NCBI GenBank assembly: GCA_022844165.1
Contig: JALHMH010000009.1
Location: 67,411 to 131,410, forward strand
Direction of reading: 5' to 3'
From: Lysobacterales bacterium
Lineage (GTDB): Bacteria > Pseudomonadota > Gammaproteobacteria > Xanthomonadales > SZUA-5
DNA length: 64,000 bases
This document shows positions 31,101 to 39,207 of the stretch, piece by piece. How positions within the stretch are numbered: position 1 is the stretch's first letter; every line of letters begins with the position of its first letter. The notes beneath the pieces were generated by a model that worked only from the letters and a program-made list of their open reading frames with translations, was not told the DNA's origin and did no database searches. Made by a program: the position numbers and the translations under genes.

Positions 31101-32155
31101 CGCGCAAGGTACCGTTTATCGAGGCTCTTGCCGAGTTCCTGACACGCGTCGGTGGTGTTGCGATCGCGCCCAGTGACTTCTCGGAGACAGAGCTGTCGCC
31201 GCATCTCAAATTCAACTTGCGGATCATCGATGCCGACGGCCAGTTGCTCGATCACGACCGTAGTCTGGCGCTGTTGAAAGAGCGCTACGCGCAAGCGGCA
31301 CGCGATGCGTTCGCGGCACGTATGGACAAACAGTATTGGGCCGATGGCCTGAGCGATTGGCCGGCCTTCGATTTGCCGGAGTCCATCGTCGATGGCGCAA
31401 CTGCGGCGTATCCGGCGCTGGTCGCACAGGGCGAACGCGTCGGCGTGCGCGCCTTCGCAGACGCCGCCGAGGCGCGGGCAGCTCACGCCAATGGCGTGCT
31501 CACCCTTCTTCGTAGATACACGCTTGAAGTTCAACGCTATTGGCAACGACATATCAAACTCAGCAACGATGCCGCACTCGCCTACGGCGTCGTTGCGTCG
31601 GTCGAGAGTTTGCGCGCCGACATCGTCGCGGCCGCCCTACTCGACCTCGCCCCAGAGCGCGTCACCGTGCGCCGTGCCAGCACCTTCCAGGCACTCGTAG
31701 AACACATTCGAAAGCAGTTGGGCGAACGCGTTCAAATCCGCGCCGCGCTGCTTGATGACATTCTGCAGAAAGCCAAGAGGGCGCGCGCGGAACTGACGCC
31801 CCTCTTGATGGGTCACGCCACCGCCAATCTCGCCGATGCCCGCGACCACCTGCAACGTCTGATCGCCCCTGGCTTTGCCGCATCGGTCGCCATGGAGCGA
31901 TTGCAGCACTATCCTCGCTACCTGCAGGCGCTGGTACTGCGCATCGAACGACTCAAGCGCGAGCCCGCCAAAGACCAGGCCAGGCTGCTTGACGTGATCC
32001 CTTTCCAACGCGAACAAGCCGCCCTCAACAACGACGAGTTGCGCTGGCTGATTGAAGAACTGCGCGTGTCGTTGTTCGCGCAGGAACTTGGCACCTCAGA
32101 CGCGATCTCACCCAAACGCATCGCCAAGCGGATTGCAGAGTTGAAGGCGCGGTAA
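28124..32155 (+). CDS. hrpA: ATP-dependent RNA helicase HrpA
   Basis: GATGSGKTTQLP, TQPRRIAA, DEAHER, SAT, QRAGRCGR, C-terminal IEELRVSLFAQELGT. Confidence 0.96.
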   Translation: MPTHRDLRERIARASAHDFPRLYALWKALPQDASEAPRVAALVRLLETSEALVAARAASVPKLVIPEELPIAAHAQALVAAIEEHPVVIVAGATGSGKTTQLPKLALLAGRGRRGVIGCTQPRRIAARSIARRVAEETGTTLGDKVGFAVRFQDQVSEQTLIKFMTDGILLAETQSDRHLRRYDTLIIDEAHERSLNIDFLLGYLKNLLQRRPDLKLIITSATIDTESFARHFSGAPVIEIEGRGYPVEIRYRPIEGDRDERADQGLVRGISQAIDELGQSDPRGDFLVFLPGEREIRDVHKALEGRRLPHTEILPLYARLSSAAQERVFQPGTGRRVVLATNVAETSITVPRIRFVIDTGMARVNRYSQRAKVQRLQIEPISQAAANQRAGRCGRTSSGICVRLYDEADYQRRRPYTDPELLRSSLAGVILRMLDLGLGDPKRFPFIDAPGDRAIDDGYVLLGELGALDEKRALNAVGREMARLPIDVRLARFLVAARDTDQFEAALVIAAGLSIQDPRERPAEARGLADAAHRIDVHDKSDLLTLVNLWARYTHEHEERTQSQLREWCKAQFLSYLRMREWRELHRQLRVVVGELGWRWELESGAQRRSESLASHARDSRSATELRSEAGAGHGAREGAIQIVRRRAPDRTPSTSIERSAAPHVPRDPLTVPRSKDFETLHRAFLTAYVTHVARKDDKHRYRGPRGRSLQIFPGSGQAKVGPPWIVSATILETEKLYALMNARIDPAWIEPACQHLSKRQHYEPTWDLKGGRAVGFEDVTLFGLPIVQRRRINYASADPISARALMIRHQLVRGEGPARHPVLAHNDALRQQAKDKEEKLRRRGLLRDEIDLTEWFDSRVPTDVLDSHQLQRWLRHAPASVTEVLKWTLDDLVVADARGDESERFPDALELVGQRLPLNYAFDPNGERDGATLTIPLNVLMSLSESDIDWLIPGWREEKAAALIKSLPKALRRHVVPAPDFARAFLEGTTPRKVPFIEALAEFLTRVGGVAIAPSDFSETELSPHLKFNLRIIDADGQLLDHDRSLALLKERYAQAARDAFAARMDKQYWADGLSDWPAFDLPESIVDGATAAYPALVAQGERVGVRAFADAAEARAAHANGVLTLLRRYTLEVQRYWQRHIKLSNDAALAYGVVASVESLRADIVAAALLDLAPERVTVRRASTFQALVEHIRKQLGERVQIRAALLDDILQKAKRARAELTPLLMGHATANLADARDHLQRLIAPGFAASVAMERLQHYPRYLQALVLRIERLKREPAKDQARLLDVIPFQREQAALNNDELRWLIEELRVSLFAQELGTSDAISPKRIAKRIAELKAR
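29931..30154. repeat. Palindromic in-frame insertion inside hrpA
   Basis: GAGCGGGGCAC at 29935 and 30018; inverted CGTGCCCC at 30065, 30118 and 30139; internal GCGAATCGC/GCGATTCGC stem. Confidence 0.65.
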
Positions 32156-32406
32156 CTGGCATCGTCGGCCGACCCCGACGGACAGCCTGTTGTTCGCGCA
32201 AACGGAACCGCCACGCAAGCGGCTTTTCTGTTGCCCGTTCTGTGGATCGGATCGTTGCAAGGACCTGTGGCGCCCGCGTTTCGCCCGAAGTTGTTAAATT
32301 TCCGTCATGAGCCGGTCAGGAATCAGCCATTAAGCTCTGTTGCAATGCGGACAACGGGCGGCGACGGGCCGTTTCGCTTGAGGCAGTGCCTCACAAGGAG
32401 AGTTTC

Positions 32407-32493
32407 ATGCGCTGGCTAGTGTCGTTGGTGGTTCTGACGTTCGTTGCAGCGGTCGAGTTCGCGACGCGCAATGCGGGTGTCGAACAGGCCTGA
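32407..32493 (+). CDS. Putative 28-aa hydrophobic small protein MRWLVSLVVLTFVAAVEFATRNAGVEQA
   Basis: AAGGAG at 32395-32400 six bases before ATG; single hydrophobic helix; lies in an otherwise empty spacer. Confidence 0.5.
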   Translation: MRWLVSLVVLTFVAAVEFATRNAGVEQA

Positions 32494-32516
32494 CAGCGGT
32501 CGCGCAGCACAGGTCT

Positions 32517-33044
32517 TTACCGCGCTCCAGGGCACCGTATCTGCATGCCCAGGTCCTCACCCGTGAGCAACAGCGCCACGCCAGCAGTGGTGAGCTTATC
32601 GAGGATTCTCTCCAGCGCATCGCACTCACTTGCCGTGAGTGAGCTTTTGAGCCGCGCTTCGCACGCAAGCGCCAAGGGCGCGATCTCGCGGTACACATCC
32701 CAGCCGTGATTGCTCAGGCAAAGCACCGAGCGGCGTCGATCTGACTTATCCACACTGCGATCCAGGCGCCCGCCGGCGATCAGATCGTTCACGGCGCGGC
32801 TGATCGCTACCTTATCCATCTTGGTGCGTTCGGCCACGTCGACTGCCGATAAGTTCGGGTAGCGTCCCAGCACAGCGATGACCCGCCACTGCGTCACATT
32901 CAAGTTAAAGCGCTCGCCGTATACGCCGGCGATCGCCTGGCTGATGGTGTTCGACAAGATCGACAGGCGATACGGCAAGAAGCGTTCAAGATCGAGCGCC
33001 GGGTCTGCGGACGTTGCTTTGGGTACCATGCGCTCGCTCGCCAT
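32517..33044 (-). CDS. MarR family transcriptional regulator
   Basis: LERFLPYRLSIL, QWRVIAVL, MDKVAISRAV, DRRRSVLCL; divergent from hppD. Confidence 0.92.
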   Translation of the reverse strand: MASERMVPKATSADPALDLERFLPYRLSILSNTISQAIAGVYGERFNLNVTQWRVIAVLGRYPNLSAVDVAERTKMDKVAISRAVNDLIAGGRLDRSVDKSDRRRSVLCLSNHGWDVYREIAPLALACEARLKSSLTASECDALERILDKLTTAGVALLLTGEDLGMQIRCPGAR

Positions 33045-33064
33045 ATCGTTTCAATTGAAACTAT
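33045..33064. promoter_or_regulatory. Candidate MarR operator
   Basis: Perfect palindrome GTTTCAATTGAAAC (33048-33061) between the divergent marR and hppD genes. Confidence 0.7.
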
Positions 33065-33116
33065 ACTGTTGCGCATTGGCGTGCAATCTGCGCCGCATCA
33101 CAATGGAGGGGCCTTT

Positions 33117-34160
33117 ATGTCGACCGCGCAATTTCCCAATCCGCTCGGCATCCACGGTTTCGAATTCGTCGAGTTTGCGGCGCCCGATCCGGCCCTGCTC
33201 AGGCAACTGTTCGAGCGCATGGGGTTTTCCGCCGTCGCACGGCATCCCGAGCGTGCGGTGACCTTGTATCGCCAGGGCGGGGTCAATTTCCTGATCAACG
33301 AGACGAGCAGCAGCTTCGCCAGCGATTTCGCAGCCGCCCATGGCCCGAGCGCATGCGGCTTCGCAATCCGCGTCCGCGATGGCGCGGCGGTGTACGACGA
33401 GGTCGTGGCGCGGGGTGCTGAAGCGGTGACGCACAAACCAGAAACACGCGCGATTGCGGCACCGGTGATCAAGGGCATCGGTGATTGCATGTTGTACCTG
33501 GTCACTGATGGCAGCGATCCGTACAGCGATTTCGAATTCTTCGCCGACCCCAACCCGCGTGGCTTCGGGCTGACTTTCATCGACCATCTGACGCACAACG
33601 TCTTCTTCGGCAACATGGGGCAATGGGCGGACTACTACGAACGCCTGTTCGGTTTTCGTGAGATCCGCTACTTCGACATTAAGGGCGTCAAGACCAGTCT
33701 GGTGTCCAAGGCCATGACTGCGCCCGATGGTGTGGTGCGCATCCCACTGAACGAATCGAGCGATCCGAAGTCGCAGATTAATGAGTACCTGGATCAGTAC
33801 AAGGGCGAAGGTATCCAGCACATCGCGTGTTTCACCGACGATATCTACGCGACCGTGGAAGCGATGCGCGAGCGCGGCGTGACTTTTCTACATACGCCTG
33901 ACACCTACTACGATGTCATCGATCAACGTGTGCCCGGGCATCGAGAAGATGTGGCGCGCATGGCGAAGAATCGCATTCTGATCGATGCCGATCCTGAGAC
34001 CAAACAAAAACAACTCCTGCAGATCTTCACCGAGACCAACATTGGCCCGATCTTCTTCGAGATCATTCAACGCAAGGGCAACGAAGGCTTCGGCGAGGGC
34101 AACTTCCAGGCGCTGTTCGAATCGATCGAGCGCGACCAGATGCGTCGCGGCGTGCTTTAG
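33117..34160 (+). CDS. hppD: 4-hydroxyphenylpyruvate dioxygenase
   Basis: NPLGIHGFEFVEF, IDHLTHNV, GEGIQHIA, FFEIIQRKGNEGFGEGNF. Confidence 0.97.
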   Translation: MSTAQFPNPLGIHGFEFVEFAAPDPALLRQLFERMGFSAVARHPERAVTLYRQGGVNFLINETSSSFASDFAAAHGPSACGFAIRVRDGAAVYDEVVARGAEAVTHKPETRAIAAPVIKGIGDCMLYLVTDGSDPYSDFEFFADPNPRGFGLTFIDHLTHNVFFGNMGQWADYYERLFGFREIRYFDIKGVKTSLVSKAMTAPDGVVRIPLNESSDPKSQINEYLDQYKGEGIQHIACFTDDIYATVEAMRERGVTFLHTPDTYYDVIDQRVPGHREDVARMAKNRILIDADPETKQKQLLQIFTETNIGPIFFEIIQRKGNEGFGEGNFQALFESIERDQMRRGVL

Positions 34161-34231
34161 TCGGCGGCCTTCGTGTTCGATCCAGTCTGGATCTGATCAG
34201 CCGGCGTCCACTTTTTGGGAACCCAACCGCC

Positions 34232-35350
34232 ATGTCGAAAAAATGGATCTCCACGCCGCGCATCGAAGGCAAGTCCTCGCGCCAGGCCCATTGCGATTTG
34301 CCAGAAGGCACGTATGAGCGTGAACTCGGCAAGGAAGGCTTTTTCGGTCCGGCGGCGCATATGTATCACCCGCGACCGCCGACTGCCTGGTCGAGTTTCG
34401 AAGGTCCGCTGCGGCCGCGTGCGTTCGATACCAATCAGCACGCCGAGTTTGGGCCATCGCCGTGGGACGCGAAAGACCTGGTGAGTAACGCCAAGGTGCG
34501 TGTGCGTACCTGGCGTGTCGAAAATTCGATGGACCATCTGGTGCGCAATGCCGACGGCGACGAACTCCTGTTCGTGCATAACGGTTCGGGCCATTTGTTC
34601 TGCGACTACGGGCATCTCGCGATCGAGGCGGGCGACTATGTGATGTTGCCGCGCTCGACCATGTGGCGACTGGAAGTGACCCAGTCGATGGATATTCTGC
34701 TCATAGAAGCGACCAATTCGAGCTATATGCTGCCGGACAAGGGCTTGTTAGGTCCGCATGCGATCTTCGACACTGCGATGCTCGACGCTCCGCAGATCGA
34801 TCCGATGTTCAAGCGCCAACAGCAAGGCGAATGGCGCGTGGTCGTCAAGCGCCTCAATGTGCTCTCGACAATCACCTACGCATACAATCCGCTCGATGCT
34901 GTGGGTTGGCACGGCGACTTGTTTCCGGTGCGGATCAACGTCAAAGACATCCGCCCGATCATGAGCCACCGCTATCACGTGCCACCGAGCGCACACACAA
35001 CTTTTGTGGCGGATCGCTTTGTCGTTTGCACGTTTGTGCCGCGCCTGTTCGAAACCGATCCGGGTGCGATCAAGATTCCGTTCTTCCACAACAACGATGA
35101 CTTCGACGAACTGATCTTCTATCACCGCGGTGACTTCTTCAGCCGCGACAACATCAAACCCGGCATGGTCACACTGCATCCGTGTGGCTTTACCCACGGC
35201 CCGCACCCCAAAGCACTGGGACGCATGCTCGAACAAACCAAGGCGGCAACCGACGAATACGCGGTGATGATCGACACCCGCGATGCCTTGGAAGTGAGCG
35301 AGGAAGCCAACGGAATCGAATGGCGTGGTTACGTCGATTCCTGGAAGTGA
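34232..35350 (+). CDS. hmgA: Homogentisate 1,2-dioxygenase
   Basis: RNADGDEL, DAVGWHG, PFFHNNDDFDE, HPCGFTHGPHP; downstream of hppD. Confidence 0.92.
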   Translation: MSKKWISTPRIEGKSSRQAHCDLPEGTYERELGKEGFFGPAAHMYHPRPPTAWSSFEGPLRPRAFDTNQHAEFGPSPWDAKDLVSNAKVRVRTWRVENSMDHLVRNADGDELLFVHNGSGHLFCDYGHLAIEAGDYVMLPRSTMWRLEVTQSMDILLIEATNSSYMLPDKGLLGPHAIFDTAMLDAPQIDPMFKRQQQGEWRVVVKRLNVLSTITYAYNPLDAVGWHGDLFPVRINVKDIRPIMSHRYHVPPSAHTTFVADRFVVCTFVPRLFETDPGAIKIPFFHNNDDFDELIFYHRGDFFSRDNIKPGMVTLHPCGFTHGPHPKALGRMLEQTKAATDEYAVMIDTRDALEVSEEANGIEWRGYVDSWK

Positions 35351-35451
35351 GTTGGTCTGCGGGGCATACGGGACCGGAAGTCATCCTTGCGAGCCACCTG
35401 AGTCTGCGCAAGACCATTCGCGAGCGTTTCTGGTTCCCCGTTTCGCAGCGC

Positions 35452-36096
35452 CTATCGGCAGGCGCGCGATCGCTGCGTCAGCTCATCGGCGCCGGGCAGT
35501 GAGGAGATGTCGATCGCCTCACTGCCTCGCTCATACTCGATCCAATACTGGCGGGTGACTTCGGTGCGCTGTTCCAACCGTGCGGGAAAACCGAGCGCGG
35601 CAATTTGCGTCTGACGTTGCGAGGCATTTTCGCGATTGCGGAAAAGCCCCAGGGACACCGTGTTTTCATGATCGCCGGCGGTGACCACGTAGTAGTCGCG
35701 CACGCTCGCGGCGTTCAGCTGGCGTGCCGCTTTCAGAGCCGATTCGCGATTCTCGTAGGCTGGCAAATAGACCCAATAACCGCGCGTATTCTCAACGCTC
35801 TGCTCTTGAAATTGCGCACGCAGCGCTTGCGCCCCGATCAAATCCAGCGCTCGCTGCAAAGACGATTGTGTCGCGAACGGCCCAACCGTCTCGCAAACTG
35901 AATCGCCACCCGACGTTACGGCCACCGCAGCAGCCGCATCGGCCATCGCTTGCGCCTCGCGTTCGTGCAAGAGCAACAAGGTCGGCGCATCGCTTCGAGG
36001 TGCCGGCGCCGGTGGGCGGGTCAAATGCACATACCACCACCCGCCCATCGCCAAATTTAGCGCCAGCATCAACAGGAAAACCGCCCGCGCGATCAA
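35452..36096 (-). CDS. SPOR domain-containing membrane-anchored protein
   Basis: N-terminal anchor IARAVFLLMLALNLAMGGWW (probable TTG start at 36096); CETVGPF, YWVYLP, VSLGLFRNRENA. Confidence 0.82.
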   Translation of the reverse strand: MIARAVFLLMLALNLAMGGWWYVHLTRPPAPAPRSDAPTLLLLHEREAQAMADAAAAVAVTSGGDSVCETVGPFATQSSLQRALDLIGAQALRAQFQEQSVENTRGYWVYLPAYENRESALKAARQLNAASVRDYYVVTAGDHENTVSLGLFRNRENASQRQTQIAALGFPARLEQRTEVTRQYWIEYERGSEAIDISSLPGADELTQRSRACR

Positions 36097-36137
36097 GAAG
36101 TCGCTCCGGGTTGCGCCGCGATGCTGGGCCTGGTGGC

Positions 36138-36158
36138 CTGAGGCGAAGCCTCGCCAGA
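36138..36158. repeat. Dispersed repeat, partial copy 3
   Basis: CTGAGGCGAAGCCTCGCCAGA versus CTGAGGCGAAGCCTCGCTAGA at 2359-2379. Confidence 0.6.
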
Positions 36159-36240
36159 TCTTCCGGACTCTCGCGCGCCAGCGCCCCGCACACGATTGGA
36201 TCGCTGCGCCCGCACGCCGCACAGCGCCAGACAGATCCCC

Positions 36241-36639
36241 CTAAGGCTCAACGTATGCATCGCGCAAATTTTCAAGCTGCTTGACACGATCGCCAACGAT
36301 GCGGGCCATCGCGGCGGCAGCAGAGATCCGATACATGGTGCCATCCATGGTGCCATACGTGGCCGAAATCGCCTTGAACTCGGCATCGCGAAACTTCAAC
36401 CATTCGCGTTGCGCACTGCGCAGCGGCGGATGCGTTTGGCTCGGCAAATTGTCGAGTAAATCGCCCCACACCATGTTGAGATGTTTATCCCACTGCTCAC
36501 CCGCAGCAGCGAAGCAGCCGATCTGGCCGTGGGTCGATTGATTTTCGGGCGTATCCAGGCATCGCACGAGCGCCGCATCGATCGGGTGCTCGCTTGAAGC
36601 GAAATAGAACGGCAGAGCCAGGAGCCAGACCGAATGCAT
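36241..36639 (-). CDS. Lysozyme inhibitor LprI (DUF1311) family protein
   Basis: Signal peptide, two Cys, WDKHLN, LRSAQREWLKFRD, GTM. Confidence 0.85.
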   Translation of the reverse strand: MHSVWLLALPFYFASSEHPIDAALVRCLDTPENQSTHGQIGCFAAAGEQWDKHLNMVWGDLLDNLPSQTHPPLRSAQREWLKFRDAEFKAISATYGTMDGTMYRISAAAAMARIVGDRVKQLENLRDAYVEP

Positions 36640-36643
36640 GCCA

Positions 36644-38425
36644 TCAACCCTTTTTCGGAATGTACAAATCCGTGATAGTACCTTCGAACACTTCGGCCGC
36701 CATGCCCACTGACTCGCTCAAGGTCGGGTGTGGATGAATGGTCAACCCAATATCGGCGGCATCACAACCCATTTCGATGGCGAGCGCGGTTTCGCTGATC
36801 AAATCGCCAGCATTCGGCCCGACGATGCCGGCACCCATCACACGATGGCTGTCAGCGTCGAAGATCAGTTTTGTGAAACCTTCCGTGCGATCGATTCCGA
36901 TCGCACGGCCGCTGGCCGCATACGGGAACTTGCCAACGCCGACATTGAGTCCTTGCGCCCTGGCCTCGCTCTCGGTCACCCCGACCCAGGCGATTTCCGG
37001 ATCAGTGTAGGCCACGCTCGGAATAACGCGCGCGACGAACTCCACATTGTGCCCTGCCGCCACTTCCGCAGCGACTTTTCCCTCGTGTGTGGCTTTGTGC
37101 GCAAGCATCGGCTGCCCAACGATATCGCCGATCGCGAAGATGTGCGGCACGTTGGTGCGCATTTGCTTATCGACTGGGATGAACCCGCGTTCGGTGACCT
37201 GAACACCGGCATTCTCGGCGCCGATCTTGCGGCCATTGGGCGTTCGCCCGACGGCACACAACACACGATCATAAAGCGTGGGCGGCGGCACGTTTTCGCC
37301 CTCGAACGTGGCGAGTAATCCCTCGGGCCTGGATTCGATCGAGGCCACTTTGGTCTTGAGGTGGATTCCACCATAGCGTTTGCCGATGCGTTGTTGCAAC
37401 GGTCGCACCAAGTCCGGATCGGCACCGGGCATCAGTTGATCAAGCCACTCGACCACCGTCACCTGGCTGCCGAGAGCGTCATACACACAAGCCATTTCCA
37501 GACCAATGATGCCGCCGCCAATCACCAGAAGTTTGCCCTGGGTATCGGCCAATTCCAACGCGTCGGTCGAGTCCATCAAACGTGGATCGCCCCACGGCAG
37601 GCCCGGCAGTTTCACCGCTTGCGAGCCGGCAGCGATCACCGCGTGCTGAAAGCCGATTGTGGTTTGACTGCCGTCGGCGAGCGAGACAACCACGCTGTTC
37701 GCCGAGGCGAATGTGCCGCTACCGGTGACGACCCGGACTTTGCGTTGTTTGGCCATGCCTGCCAAACCACCTGTCAGCTTGCTCACGACCTTGTTCTTGA
37801 ATCCGCGCAGCTTTGGCAAATCGATGGTCGGTGAACCAAAACTGATCCCCAATTCAGCAAAGTGCGCCGCTTCGTCGAGCACACGTGCCGCGTGCAAGAG
37901 CGCCTTGGACGGTATACAACCGACATTCAGACAAACACCGCCCAGCGTCGGATAACGCTCGACCAGAATCACGTCGAGCCCCAGGTCCGCCGCACGAAAT
38001 GCCGCGGTGTAACCTCCCGGCCCTGCGCCCAGAACCAGGAACTGGCATTGCTCGTCGGTCCTTGTGTCAGGACGTGGATTGCGGGCTGACGGCTGCGAGG
38101 TTGCGCCGGGTTGCGGGTGATTCACGGGCAGTCGATGGCCATGAGCAGCGGTCGGCGGCGAGCTCGCCGGTTTGGAATCGGTTGTCTCGGCGACTTCGAC
38201 GGTTGCGATAACGCTGCCCTCGGATACCTTGTCGCCGAGCCTGACTCGCAACTCCTTGACCACGCCGGCGGCGCTTGTTGGCACTTCCATCGTGGCCTTG
38301 TCCGACTCCAGAGTGATCAGTCCCTGGTCGAGTTTGACAGCATCGCCGGGCTTGACCAGCAATTCGATCACCGGCACATCGTTGTAGCCGCCGATATCGG
38401 GCACCTTGATATCCATCGTCGCCAT
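36644..38425 (-). CDS. lpdA: Dihydrolipoamide dehydrogenase with N-terminal lipoyl domain
   Basis: LESDKATMEVP lipoyl motif; GAGPGGY, GGVCLNVGCIPSK, HPHPTLSE. Confidence 0.97.
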   Translation of the reverse strand: MATMDIKVPDIGGYNDVPVIELLVKPGDAVKLDQGLITLESDKATMEVPTSAAGVVKELRVRLGDKVSEGSVIATVEVAETTDSKPASSPPTAAHGHRLPVNHPQPGATSQPSARNPRPDTRTDEQCQFLVLGAGPGGYTAAFRAADLGLDVILVERYPTLGGVCLNVGCIPSKALLHAARVLDEAAHFAELGISFGSPTIDLPKLRGFKNKVVSKLTGGLAGMAKQRKVRVVTGSGTFASANSVVVSLADGSQTTIGFQHAVIAAGSQAVKLPGLPWGDPRLMDSTDALELADTQGKLLVIGGGIIGLEMACVYDALGSQVTVVEWLDQLMPGADPDLVRPLQQRIGKRYGGIHLKTKVASIESRPEGLLATFEGENVPPPTLYDRVLCAVGRTPNGRKIGAENAGVQVTERGFIPVDKQMRTNVPHIFAIGDIVGQPMLAHKATHEGKVAAEVAAGHNVEFVARVIPSVAYTDPEIAWVGVTESEARAQGLNVGVGKFPYAASGRAIGIDRTEGFTKLIFDADSHRVMGAGIVGPNAGDLISETALAIEMGCDAADIGLTIHPHPTLSESVGMAAEVFEGTITDLYIPKKG

Positions 38426-38473
38426 GGTGATCTGCCTATAAGCTGTGAGCTACGCGGAGAATAGCGGCGCGCA

Positions 38474-38507
38474 ACGGAAAACGGCGCCCCAGGGCGCCGT
38501 TTTCTGT
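38474..38507. terminator. Hairpin terminator between the DUF2059 gene and lpdA
   Basis: ACGGAAAACGGCGCCC-CA-GGGCGCCGTTTTCTGT. Confidence 0.65.
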
Positions 38508-38538
38508 GTTGCCGCCCAGAGTACAGCGGGCGCAGCGG

Positions 38539-39060
38539 CTATTGGGCGGGCGTATCGCCCTGCGCCGCCTGGCAGGCACGGTATGCCTCGTCGAGCTTCG
38601 GCGCCAACTCCTGGCCAATGCCTTGAGCCTTTTCCATGGAGGCTTGCATACGCTGCTGAGATGCGCCCTGGATGCGTTGCATAATCTCCGGCGTCTTGTC
38701 CAACAGCTTTTGTCCAAGATCAGATGCAAAAAACGCCGTCATCGTCTCCAATTCCTGCTGCGAAAAAACATCGGTGTAGACGGCCGCAAAGTCCTTTCGA
38801 ATTTCGCCAATCTCGCCGTCAGAGAAGGTAATCGCTCCCATCCGCTTGCTGAAATCGTCGAGGACCGGTTTGGCGCTCGCGCATCCCTGAAATTGAGCGA
38901 CCGTGCTTTGCACCATCGGCGCCGTGGGATCCTTGAGCATTTTGAGCGGCTCATCGGCGCGAGAGGCCTGGATCATCTTCATCGCCGCCGCCGTATGCGC
39001 ATCGCTGGCAGAAGCAGGATCGGCGGCGGTCAACGTAGCGGCCAGCAGCAAGGACAACAT
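38539..39060 (-). CDS. DUF2059 domain-containing secreted protein
   Basis: AGGAG RBS, signal peptide MLSLLLAATLTAA; VYTDVFSQQELETMTAFFASDLGQKLLDKTP motif. Confidence 0.85.
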   Translation of the reverse strand: MLSLLLAATLTAADPASASDAHTAAAMKMIQASRADEPLKMLKDPTAPMVQSTVAQFQGCASAKPVLDDFSKRMGAITFSDGEIGEIRKDFAAVYTDVFSQQELETMTAFFASDLGQKLLDKTPEIMQRIQGASQQRMQASMEKAQGIGQELAPKLDEAYRACQAAQGDTPAQ

Positions 39061-39207
39061 CAGTTTTTCTCCTAAAAAACAAAAAAAGCGCCGACAAGGG
39101 GCACTGCGGGGCGCGGAGCATAGCGCGCAAGCCTGCGACTGACATACTGCGCTAGAGTTTCGTGCTGCTAAACTCTGACCTCCCTTACCGTTCAGGATCC
39201 TCTCGCT

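Noticed and set aside
32190-32230. GCAAAC...ACGCAAGC resembling a c-di-GMP-I riboswitch
   Set aside because: Lacks the GNRA-capped stem and the second stem with tetraloop receptor
36097-36222. N-terminal extension of the SPOR protein
   Set aside because: Overlaps a copy of the dispersed repeat; the membrane anchor begins at the TTG at 36096
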